Assembly: GCA_028713935.1 (NCBI GenBank) | Contig: JAQTNI010000023.1 | Coordinates: forward strand, 1-19,863 | Reading direction: 5' to 3' | Length of the DNA: 19,863 nucleotides | From: Candidatus Iainarchaeum sp. | GTDB taxonomy: Archaea > Iainarchaeota > Iainarchaeia > Iainarchaeales > GCA-2688035 | Shown here: positions 6,992 through 15,050 of the stretch, in pieces | How the letters are laid out: every line of letters starts with the position of its first letter | Numbering within the stretch: position 1 is the stretch's first letter | Position numbers and translations under genes: made by a program | The notes under the pieces: generated by a model | What the model was told of the DNA's origin: nothing | Database searches by the model: none | What the model saw: only the letters and a program-made list of their open reading frames with translations

Positions 6992-8140
6992 TTAGTTTTC
7001 AGGGGTTGTTAACCCGAATTTGCTGTTCATTTTTGCAATCATTTCTTTTTGGATTATTTGGTTTTCTGTTCTTGGAGGGCAAAAATAGGCCTCTTTAAAT
7101 TTTTTCTTTTCAGCATGGTTCTCCCAAATTTCTTCCAAGGGTTTATCTCTTACATTTCCAAGATTTTGGAATTTTCCAGGGCAGGCAAAAACCTGCCCCC
7201 TCACATTGATATACAACCCGTATCCAAGCTGAGTGCAGTTTAATCCGCCAATAAAAGGCGAAACTGCATTAAACGGAATGTCAAGAAGCCGGTTTTGCTC
7301 ATAAATTTTTTTATACAGTTCCAGCTTTTTTGCATAGGAAACATCGATAACTTGGTTTTCTTTTTGCCTTTGGAAATAGTTTCCGCACGGCATTGAAGTG
7401 ACCATGTCAGGATAGATATTCAGGTAATATTTCAGTTTGTCAATATCCAAAAGTTCCGGATAGGTTTGTTTTGTAACCTGGACCTCAAGCCCAAGCCTTG
7501 TGGGGCTTTCAGATGCAAAGCCTTTTTCAATCAATTTTTTCAGCGCAGTATTCCTTAATTTGGCATACCCGGGATAATTCACTATTTTGTCCATTACTTT
7601 TGGCTTGAAGCTGTCTCCCTTAATGAATACTCCGACATCTTTCCTGAAAAGGTAATCAATTATTTCCTCGGAAGTTTTTTGCTGGTATTTCTTTGCAAGG
7701 GAATCGTCTGCAAGAGCATGGCCATTTGTGAACAAAACAACTTTAATTTTTTTGTCCAGCAGGCAATTTAGTGCCTCAAAAAATCTTGGGTCTTCAAAGA
7801 ATTCCCCTGCCCCTATGAGTTTTACTGCCCCAACTCCTAATTTCTTTGCCTGGTCAACAAGATTTTTCCATTCATCAAGCGATAAAGGGCTTCCAATATC
7901 CCTGCTGTCCATGTTTCTATAGCAATACTGGCATCTCAGTGAGCAGGCAGTGCCGAATTCCAGGTCCAAAACAAGCAGCCTGCCATTTTTATTGGCTCTG
8001 GCTATTTCTTCTTCAGTGAAATGCCAGTGCTTAAAACCGTTGACAAATTTTTTTCCAAATGTTTTCCTTGAAGGAAATCCTTTTTCAATGAAAGGGAGAA
8101 ACAACTCCGCTATCTCTTTGTTTTCAAAAATTTTGTCCAT
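6992..8140 (-). CDS. Radical SAM enzyme with C-terminal twitch-like domain (paralog A)
   Basis: CSLRCQYC cluster motif. GAGEFF sits where GGEP is expected. C-terminal CTQLGYGLYINVRGQVFAC (C-x12-G-x4-C), then LGNVRDKPLEEIW. The track start at 8182 is TTG; ATG 8140 (MDKIFENKE) is preferred. Confidence 0.85.
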   Translation of the reverse strand: MDKIFENKEIAELFLPFIEKGFPSRKTFGKKFVNGFKHWHFTEEEIARANKNGRLLVLDLEFGTACSLRCQYCYRNMDSRDIGSPLSLDEWKNLVDQAKKLGVGAVKLIGAGEFFEDPRFFEALNCLLDKKIKVVLFTNGHALADDSLAKKYQQKTSEEIIDYLFRKDVGVFIKGDSFKPKVMDKIVNYPGYAKLRNTALKKLIEKGFASESPTRLGLEVQVTKQTYPELLDIDKLKYYLNIYPDMVTSMPCGNYFQRQKENQVIDVSYAKKLELYKKIYEQNRLLDIPFNAVSPFIGGLNCTQLGYGLYINVRGQVFACPGKFQNLGNVRDKPLEEIWENHAEKKKFKEAYFCPPRTENQIIQKEMIAKMNSKFGLTTPEN

Positions 8141-8281
8141 GCAAAGCCCCCGCTGGCGAAGAGAATTTGTGCAATCAGGCAAGCGTGTATATAACTTGCT
8201 TTTTCAGAAAATAAAAATAAAATATTCTATTTTTTAATCAAAATGATAATATTTTAATGTTTTTTATTGTTATGTTAAAAT

Positions 8282-9268
8282 ATGGTTGATTCCTTGGATT
8301 TGAAGGACAGAAGGCTTCTTTTGGAACTGGATACCGATTGCAGGCAGTCAAATGCCGAAATCGGAAGAAAAATCCGCTTGTCAAAAGAGGTCGTGAAATA
8401 CCGCATAGGCAAGCTTATTGAAAAAAAAATAATCAATTCTTTTTCGGCCCATGTTGACCTTACCAAGCTTGGCTACCGCATGTGCAAAATATACTTTCAG
8501 CTTCAAAAGTCAAAGTCCGAAGGGCAGATTGTTGAATATCTGCTTTCAAAAAAACAGGTTTTCTGGCTTGCTTCCTGTGAGGGCAACTGGAACATTATTT
8601 GCGGGGTTTTGCTTAAGGATGTTTTTTATTTTCACGAATTTATTGCCGATGTCCTGAATAAGTTCAGCGATGCAATCCTGAAAAAAGCCATTTCAATATC
8701 AATTTTTATTCCGGAATTTCCAAAGGCTTATCTTGTAGAAAGGCAAAACAGCCAGCTTAGGCACAATAGTTTTGGCGGCATTTGTGGAGACATTGTGCTT
8801 AGCGAAAACGAACTTTTGCTTTTAAGGGTGCTTTCAATGAATGCGAGGCTTAGCACTACTGAAATTGCGGAAAAAACAGGGCTTTCCCCGATGCAGGTTT
8901 CTTACGGAATAAAAAAGCTTAAGCGGGAAAAAATAATCCTTTCCTTCAGGCTGAACCTCAATTATGAAAAACTTGGTTTGCTCTATTTCAAGCAGTTTGT
9001 CACTTTTCGCGCCCCTACAAAAGAAAAAATTGGCAGCGCAATAGAATTCTGCAGAAAGCACCCAAATATTACTTATTCAATCTTCTGCATTGGAACCTGG
9101 GACCTTGAAATAGATTCGGAAGTAAAAAATTACTCCGAGTTTAATGCGCTTGCAAAAGAATTCAAGGAAAAATTTTCAGACATAATACTTAGCCACGAAT
9201 CAATCCAGATTTCAAAGGAATACAAAATGGATTTCATGCCGGAAAGCATAGGTCCTTATTCCAAATAA
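8282..9268 (+). CDS. Tandem (two-module) Lrp/AsnC-family transcriptional regulator
   Basis: 328 aa with two HTH_AsnC-like modules: DLKDRRLLLELDTDCRQSNAEIGRKIRLSKEVVKYRIGKLIEKKII and LSENELLLLRVLSMNARLSTTEIAEKTGLSPMQVSYGIKKLKREKII. Each is followed by a ~90-aa effector-like domain. It is divergent from the radical-SAM operon. Confidence 0.8.
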   Translation: MVDSLDLKDRRLLLELDTDCRQSNAEIGRKIRLSKEVVKYRIGKLIEKKIINSFSAHVDLTKLGYRMCKIYFQLQKSKSEGQIVEYLLSKKQVFWLASCEGNWNIICGVLLKDVFYFHEFIADVLNKFSDAILKKAISISIFIPEFPKAYLVERQNSQLRHNSFGGICGDIVLSENELLLLRVLSMNARLSTTEIAEKTGLSPMQVSYGIKKLKREKIILSFRLNLNYEKLGLLYFKQFVTFRAPTKEKIGSAIEFCRKHPNITYSIFCIGTWDLEIDSEVKNYSEFNALAKEFKEKFSDIILSHESIQISKEYKMDFMPESIGPYSK

Positions 9269-12200
9269 ATTGCCGGCTTCATTGGCTTTGCTTTTCCTGC
9301 CTTGTTTTCGGGATCAAATTTTTCCCTGTCATTCACTGCAAAAACCTTTGTTTCCAGCGAGGTTCTTGTTTTTATTGTTTCAATGTTTTCAAGCAATAAT
9401 TGTTTTTCCTGTGGAAGGGAATAAACAAAAACTTTTGTTGGCTGTTTGCCTTTTGATTTCACTATTTTTACTATGTTGTTAATGTCCTCAATAAGCTTGT
9501 CAAGCGCTTTTTCCTCTTCTTCAAATTTTGGGTTTATTTTTGCTTCATCCGCAACTGGCCATTCCGCAACTGCAATCATTTTTTTGTTTCCAAGTTTTTC
9601 CCAGAATTCCTCTGCAATGTGGGGGCAGAAAGGCGCAATTATTTTCAAAAAACTTTCAAGAGTGCCTCGGCTTTCCTCTTTGGAAAGGGCATCAAAAAGC
9701 TTTCTGATTCCGATTATTGCGACATTGTATTCAAATTTTTCTATGTTCAGGGAAATTTCTTTTATGCTTTTGTTTATTTTGCTTTCCATTTTTGCAGAGC
9801 TTTTGCCTGTTTTTGCTGTTTCAAAATAATCAACAATTTTTTTAATGAATTTTGAAGCGCTTTCCATGCCTTCAGAACTCCAGGAAAAATCCTTGTCAGG
9901 AGAGGCAATTGAAACAAGGTAAAAGCGTAAAGCATCAGCAGAGTATTTTTCAATCATTTCAATAGGATTGACAACATTGCCCCTTGATTTTGACATTACA
10001 AAGCCGTCTTCTCCGTGCAGCATTCCCTGGTTGAAAAGGTTCTGGAAAGGCTCGCCGAATTTTAAAAATCCGCAGTCACGCAGAGCCATTGCAAAAAATC
10101 TTGCATAAATCAAATGCATGCAGGCATGCTCCGCGCCTCCTATATACTGGTCGACCGGCATCCAATAATCAATTTTTTTTAAATCAAAAGGGGCTTTTTG
10201 ATTCTTGTTGTCGCAGTATCGCAGGAAATACCAGCTTGAATCAAAAAAAGTGTCCATTGTGTCTGTTTCTCTCTGCGCAGGACCCCTGCATTTTGGGCAT
10301 TTTGTTTCCACAAAAGCCTTGTTTGTTGCCAAGGGATTTCCAATTCCAAATTTTACTTTTTCCGGAAGCAGGATTGGCAATTGTTTTTCCGGAACAGGCA
10401 CAATTCCGCATTTTTCACAATAAACAATCGGAATAGGAGTTCCCCAGTATCTCTGCCTTGAAACAAGCCAGTCACGCAATTTGTATTGGACAGTTTTTTT
10501 TCCAATGCCTTTTTTCCCCAAATCAGAAGAAATTTTTTCAATTGCCTCTTTGTTGCCAAGCCCTGAAAATTCCTTGGAATTTACAAGAACACCTTCCCCA
10601 GTGAAAGCTTCTTTCAATTCAACTTCAGGATTTTCTTCTTTTGGCTGAATAACAATTTTGATTGGAATATTGTATTTTTTTGCAAATTCAAAGTCCCTCT
10701 GGTCATGGGCAGGAACAGCCATTACCATGCCAGAGCCATAATCTGCAAGAACAAAATTTCCCGCAAAAACAGGCACTTTTTCTCCTGTAAGGGGATTGAT
10801 TGCATTGCTTCCAGTAAAAGCGCCTTCTTTTTCAAGTTCAAAAGCATCTTTTTCGCTTGTGGACTTTATTTTTTTCAAAAAAGCCCCTATTTCCTGCTTT
10901 TGCCCCGGAGCAACCAATTCCATTAACCTTGGATGCTGGGCAGAAACAACCATGAAAGTAACTCCAAAAATAGTGTCAGGGCGCGTAGTAAAAATTGGCC
11001 AGTTTTCAAATATGCAATTCAAAACTTCTGGTTCAACATTGCCATTAAAATGAGTCTTACTGCCCTTAGAAAGAATATATTTTGCACCCAAATTTCTTGC
11101 AATTTCTTCAGGATGCCCAAATGGAACAATATGGTCTGCTTTGTCCTCAAGAATTATTATTTTGCCTGCCCTGCTTTTTATTTTTTCAAAATCAAACTTC
11201 CAATCACAATATTTTTCCAAAACAGGCCTTTTTTTGTTATCCTTGAATTCTGTTTTCAAAGGGGGTGCAATCATTACCAAGCAACTTATTTTTTCCTCCA
11301 GCTTTGGAAGCAGTTTCATTGCCAAAACTCCCCCAAGCGAGTGCGTGATTAGCACAGTGTTTTTATTGAACTTGTAATTTTTTAATACAAAATTTATTTG
11401 TTCCTCTATTTTTGGTTCATTGGTGTTTGGCAAATCAGGCGCAAAAGCAACAGTGCCGCCTCTTGCTTCTATTTGCTTTTTCAACCAATCCCAAAAAGCG
11501 CTTTTTGAATTGTCCTGGAAAGCATGCAAAAAAACAAATTCTTTTTCTTTAATGTCCCAAAAACTTGGAATTTCGAATGCGATTTCTGTTCCGAAGCTTT
11601 TTCCAATCCAGTTTTCCTGCATTGTTTTTATTCTTTCAGGCCAGTTGAGGCTTGGAATGTCTTTGAGAAGTTCTTCTGCATAGGCAGTTGTTTTGATGAA
11701 CCATTGTTCAAGGTTTTTTACTTCAACATCGGTATCTGTGTGGCGCCAGCATTTGCCGTTATGCACCTGTTCGTTTGCAAGCACTGTGTTGCATTTTGGG
11801 CACCAGTTGGAAGGAGCCAATTTTTTCTGGACAAGGCCTTTTTCAAAAAATTTTAAAAAAAAGAATTGGTTCCACTTGTAATACTCAGGTTCATAGGTAA
11901 TCAGCATCCTGTCCCAGTCATAGCTTAAACCGAGGCGTTTCTGCTGGAGAATAAAATTTTTAATTGCCTTTTCAGTGTATTTTTTGGGATGCTCTCCTGC
12001 CTGAATAGCCGCGTTTTCCGCTGGCAGGCCCATGCTGTCATAGCCCATTGGATAAAGAACGTTAAAATTGTTCATTCTCTTGAAGCGGGCATAAACATCG
12101 CCAATTGTGTAATTGAAAGCATGGCCCATATGAAGCCCGCTTCCTGAAGGATAGGGAAACATTTCCAAACAGTAAAATTTTGGCTTGTTTTTTGTTTCTT

Positions 12201-12294
12201 TTGCCTTAAAAATCTCTTCTTCTGCCCATTTTTTTTGAAATTTTGCCTCAATTTTTTGAAAATTAACAGACATTTTTTCACCAAGGGTTTTCAC
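9256..12294 (-). CDS. leuS: Leucyl-tRNA synthetase (bacterial-type domain order) carrying an inserted serine-hydrolase domain
   Basis: HMGH and VMSKS class I motifs. Zn finger CPKC...CWRH lies before CP1. CP1 editing motifs TTRPDTIFG and MAVPAHDQRDFEFA are present. The codon at 12294 is GTG. ATG 12273 (MSVNFQKIEAKFQKKW) is preceded by GGTGA and may be the true start. The 3' end overlaps the convergent Lrp gene by 13 nt. Confidence 0.95.
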   Translation of the reverse strand: MKTLGEKMSVNFQKIEAKFQKKWAEEEIFKAKETKNKPKFYCLEMFPYPSGSGLHMGHAFNYTIGDVYARFKRMNNFNVLYPMGYDSMGLPAENAAIQAGEHPKKYTEKAIKNFILQQKRLGLSYDWDRMLITYEPEYYKWNQFFFLKFFEKGLVQKKLAPSNWCPKCNTVLANEQVHNGKCWRHTDTDVEVKNLEQWFIKTTAYAEELLKDIPSLNWPERIKTMQENWIGKSFGTEIAFEIPSFWDIKEKEFVFLHAFQDNSKSAFWDWLKKQIEARGGTVAFAPDLPNTNEPKIEEQINFVLKNYKFNKNTVLITHSLGGVLAMKLLPKLEEKISCLVMIAPPLKTEFKDNKKRPVLEKYCDWKFDFEKIKSRAGKIIILEDKADHIVPFGHPEEIARNLGAKYILSKGSKTHFNGNVEPEVLNCIFENWPIFTTRPDTIFGVTFMVVSAQHPRLMELVAPGQKQEIGAFLKKIKSTSEKDAFELEKEGAFTGSNAINPLTGEKVPVFAGNFVLADYGSGMVMAVPAHDQRDFEFAKKYNIPIKIVIQPKEENPEVELKEAFTGEGVLVNSKEFSGLGNKEAIEKISSDLGKKGIGKKTVQYKLRDWLVSRQRYWGTPIPIVYCEKCGIVPVPEKQLPILLPEKVKFGIGNPLATNKAFVETKCPKCRGPAQRETDTMDTFFDSSWYFLRYCDNKNQKAPFDLKKIDYWMPVDQYIGGAEHACMHLIYARFFAMALRDCGFLKFGEPFQNLFNQGMLHGEDGFVMSKSRGNVVNPIEMIEKYSADALRFYLVSIASPDKDFSWSSEGMESASKFIKKIVDYFETAKTGKSSAKMESKINKSIKEISLNIEKFEYNVAIIGIRKLFDALSKEESRGTLESFLKIIAPFCPHIAEEFWEKLGNKKMIAVAEWPVADEAKINPKFEEEEKALDKLIEDINNIVKIVKSKGKQPTKVFVYSLPQEKQLLLENIETIKTRTSLETKVFAVNDREKFDPENKAGKAKPMKPAIYLE
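11002..11568 (-). other. Inserted alpha/beta serine-hydrolase domain (YdeN/RBBP9, PF06821-like) within LeuRS, aa ~243-431
   Basis: Lies between GKSFGTEIAFEI and WPIFTTRPDT. Motifs: FVFLHAF, FWDWLKKQIEARG, APDLPN, nucleophile elbow ITHSLGG (Ser319 codon 11338-11340), DKADHIVPF (Asp387), THFN (His415). Confidence 0.75.
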
Positions 12295-12409
12295 TGAATT
12301 TGTGCAATTACAATAATTAAAAAAGAAGCAGAATTAAAACCTATTGAATTTTTGGCAAAAAACCCAGCAATCAGTTTTATATATAACTTTTTACTATAAT
12401 CCATAAAAA

Positions 12410-12784
12410 ATGCAGGGAGGTGAAACATTGGCACATGAATCAATCGGAGCATACTCCTTCCTAATCGGAGTGATTATTGCAGTCATTGCAGGAATAGCAG
12501 GCAGTGCAATTGCAGTATATGCGGGAGCAATCGGCTTGATTCTCGTGATTTTGGGATTAATAGTTGGTTTCCTGAACATCACTGATAAAGAAACAATGCC
12601 CTTCCTTGTTGCAGCAGTTGCCTTGATGGTTGCCGGCTCAGCAAATCTGATGATAATCAATACAGTAATCCCAATGCTGGGAACAGTTCTTCAGGCAATA
12701 CTGGCAAACATTGTTGTCTTCATTGCACCAGCAGCAATCATTGTTGGCCTAAAGGCAATAATTGCAATGGCAAAAAACAAGTAA
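12410..12784 (+). CDS. Integral membrane protein (about 4 TM helices), function unknown
   Basis: Gly/Ala/Ile-rich hydrophobic segments throughout. A perfect GGAGGTGA (12415-12422) is followed 5 nt later by an in-frame TTG (12428), an alternative start. TTTTATATATAA lies ~25 nt upstream of 12410. Confidence 0.6.
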   Translation: MQGGETLAHESIGAYSFLIGVIIAVIAGIAGSAIAVYAGAIGLILVILGLIVGFLNITDKETMPFLVAAVALMVAGSANLMIINTVIPMLGTVLQAILANIVVFIAPAAIIVGLKAIIAMAKNK

Positions 12785-12794
12785 AACAAAAAAA

Positions 12795-12823
12795 TTTTTT
12801 AATTTAATTTTTTTTATTTTTTT
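12795..12823 (+). terminator. Cluster of oligo-T runs (T6, T8, T7) just after the stop codon; likely archaeal intrinsic terminator
   Basis: Three T-runs occur within 30 nt after the TAA at 12782-12784, in a convergent intergenic region. Confidence 0.4.
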
Positions 12824-12894
12824 AATGTTCAGCAGCACTTTAAAACCAAGCCAAATAATTAGGAAAAAAGCTAATCCACCTTAACCCAGAGGCA

Positions 12895-13437
12895 TTATTT
12901 GATTTTTATGCTGATTTTTTTTCCCACAACTGGCAGGAGCTGTTTGAATTCTATTTCAAGATTTTTGTTTATTTTAAGAGAATCAATCGGCTTGCTTGGC
13001 AATTTGCCGTTTACCTCATACAGGTAATAGCCCTTTTTTCCCTCGACTTCAGTAATAAATGCCCCTTCCTTTGTTTCCTCTATTTTCAGGCCAGAAATTT
13101 TTTTCAGTGCCTCAAGCATTTTTGTGCCCTTTGCAACCTCAATTACAAGGGATTTTTCAAAAAGCCCCAGGGCTTTTTTTATCCTGTTTGCTGCTTTTTC
13201 AGGCACTACAAGGAAATGGGTATTGCCGGCTTTCTGCCTTTCGACAAAGCCAGCCTGCTCGAGAATCCTCGCATGCCGCAAAGCGACAGGCACAGAAATA
13301 TTCAGCTCCTTTGCCAAGCCGGAAATATGCCTGCTTTGCATCAATAAAATCCTGAGCATTCGCATTCTGTTTTCATTGCCAAGCACTTTGAAAGCATCCA
13401 TTTTTTCACGTCCAATTGATATTATCATTTTTGACAA
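12895..13437 (-). CDS. ArsR-family winged-HTH regulator fused to a C-terminal DUF4430-like (transcobalamin beta-domain-like) domain
   Basis: N-terminus: FKVLGNENRMRMLRILLMQSRHISGLAKELNISVPVALRHARILEQAGFVERQKAGN. C-terminus: GTKMLEALKK...GAFITEVEGKKGYYLYEVNGKLPSKPIDSLKINKNLEIEF. Start is uncertain: TTG 13437, ATG 13428 or ATG 13401. Confidence 0.7.
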   Translation of the reverse strand: MSKMIISIGREKMDAFKVLGNENRMRMLRILLMQSRHISGLAKELNISVPVALRHARILEQAGFVERQKAGNTHFLVVPEKAANRIKKALGLFEKSLVIEVAKGTKMLEALKKISGLKIEETKEGAFITEVEGKKGYYLYEVNGKLPSKPIDSLKINKNLEIEFKQLLPVVGKKISIKIK

Positions 13438-13471
13438 TAACTATTATCTTTTTTGAAAAGTATTTAATAAG

Positions 13472-15040
13472 TTGCGCTCAGCTTGTTTTGGTGGTTGCTT
13501 GAAGCAGGCTTTGATTGTTCTTGTTTTTTTTATTTTAATTGGGTTTGCCGCTGCAAAGGATGTTACTGTTGTTTTCAATTTTCCAAGCGAAAATCACCCT
13601 GACATTGTGGAAGAAGTTTCGCTTCCTAATGATGCAAATGCTTTCAATGCTTTTATGGCAGTAGCATCGTCAAATTCTCTTGATTTGAACCTGGCGTATT
13701 ATGGGGAAACAATGGGCTGGTTTGTAAACGGAATTGACGGCTTAAACAACAATTGGCCTGATGCCTATTGGCATTTTTGGGTAAATGGCGCTGAAGCGCA
13801 GGTTGGAATAAGCAGCTTTGTTCCATTGAATAATAACACTATTGAACTTGGTTATGAAAGCATGCCTTTGAATCTGAATGAAACTGCTTTTGGAAGAGCA
13901 ATTGACTGGCTTGTTTCAAACCAGAAGCAGAGCGGGGAAATTGGAAACCATGCTGTCTGGGGAAACTCCTTTGCATTAATGGCTTTGTCTCTTGTTGAAG
14001 ACAAAAATATTTCAAAACAGAAAGCAATTGAATATTTGCTTTCAAATCAGTATCCAAATGCTGGTTTTGGATATCCGGGGTTTGGAGCCGATGCCGGGCA
14101 TAGCGCTGTTGCAACAATGGCACTGCTTTCAAACGGAAAAAGCATGGATAATTTTGATAAAAATGGCGTGACTACAATTGATTATATTATCACTAATCAG
14201 CAGAATGACGGGGGCTTTAGCAGCTGGGGAAGCAGTGATATTGACAGCACTTCCTGGGCAATGCTGGCTTTTGCACAATCCGGGACAGATATGCCTGTTA
14301 AAAACAATAATGCCCCTGTGGACTTTATTTTGAATACCCAGAATATTGATGGCGGATTCGGCTATAACAATGGGGATTCAAGCAAGGAAGATTATACTGC
14401 AGAGTCTCTTCTGGCATTGAAAGCAGCCGGAAAAGAAAAAAACTCCCAGGTTTCGAATGCAATTGGTTTTTTGAATTCAAAGAAAAATCCTGAAAATTGC
14501 CTTTCAAATTCATATACAACTGCCCTGGCAATTATTGCTTTTAATGCATGGGGCGAACCATATTCTGCTTTCCAGGATTGCCTTAGAACACAACAGCTTA
14601 CAGACGGCGGTTTTTCAAGAGACAATGCAAACGGCAGCAATTCTGTTGACACTGCAATGGCAGCAATTGCCCTGAAAGGGAAAACCCTGCCTTTAAGCAT
14701 TTCATCTGTAGACACAAACGGCCAGATTCCTGTTAATTCAATAATAAAGTTTTCTGTCAAAATAAAAAATACTGGGAAAATAAAGGCCAGCAATGTTTCA
14801 ATTGCTTTGGAAGGCCTGCCTCCAGACTGGATTGACACGGAAAGCAGCACAACTTACTTCAGCAGCATTCTGCCGGGAGAAACAAAAACCGCAGTTATTT
14901 TTGCAAGGGCAAAAACACAGGGCAACTTTTCAGTTTACGCTGAAGTTTCTGCACAGGAAACAATGCAAAGCGCAATAAGCAATTCACTGGCATTTGAAAC
15001 GGTTTCTGCTGTCCTGGAAGCAAGCATTTCAATGGAATAA
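13472..15040 (+). CDS. Secreted multidomain protein: N-terminal DUF4430 domain, alpha/alpha-toroid (prenyltransferase/squalene-cyclase-like repeats), C-terminal CARDB-like beta-sandwich
   Basis: Signal/anchor ALIVLVFFILIGFAAA. DUF4430 motif MGWFVNGIDG...YWHFWVNGAEAQVGISSF...IELGY. Repeated Q-x2-DGGF units (QQNDGGFSSWG, QNIDGGFGYN, QLTDGGFSRD). Tail KFSVKIKNTGKIKASNVSI...ILPGETKTAVIFARAKTQGNFSVYAEVS. Track start 13472 is TTG; TTG 13499 is an alternative. Confidence 0.75.
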   Translation: MRSACFGGCLKQALIVLVFFILIGFAAAKDVTVVFNFPSENHPDIVEEVSLPNDANAFNAFMAVASSNSLDLNLAYYGETMGWFVNGIDGLNNNWPDAYWHFWVNGAEAQVGISSFVPLNNNTIELGYESMPLNLNETAFGRAIDWLVSNQKQSGEIGNHAVWGNSFALMALSLVEDKNISKQKAIEYLLSNQYPNAGFGYPGFGADAGHSAVATMALLSNGKSMDNFDKNGVTTIDYIITNQQNDGGFSSWGSSDIDSTSWAMLAFAQSGTDMPVKNNNAPVDFILNTQNIDGGFGYNNGDSSKEDYTAESLLALKAAGKEKNSQVSNAIGFLNSKKNPENCLSNSYTTALAIIAFNAWGEPYSAFQDCLRTQQLTDGGFSRDNANGSNSVDTAMAAIALKGKTLPLSISSVDTNGQIPVNSIIKFSVKIKNTGKIKASNVSIALEGLPPDWIDTESSTTYFSSILPGETKTAVIFARAKTQGNFSVYAEVSAQETMQSAISNSLAFETVSAVLEASISME

Positions 15041-15050
15041 ACGTGGAAAA

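Noticed and set aside
11002-11568. Intein or mobile-element explanation for the LeuRS insertion
   Set aside because: There are no intein junction signatures (N-terminal Cys/Ser, C-terminal His-Asn plus nucleophile) and no endonuclease motifs. The segment instead carries alpha/beta-hydrolase motifs in frame with intact flanking LeuRS blocks.
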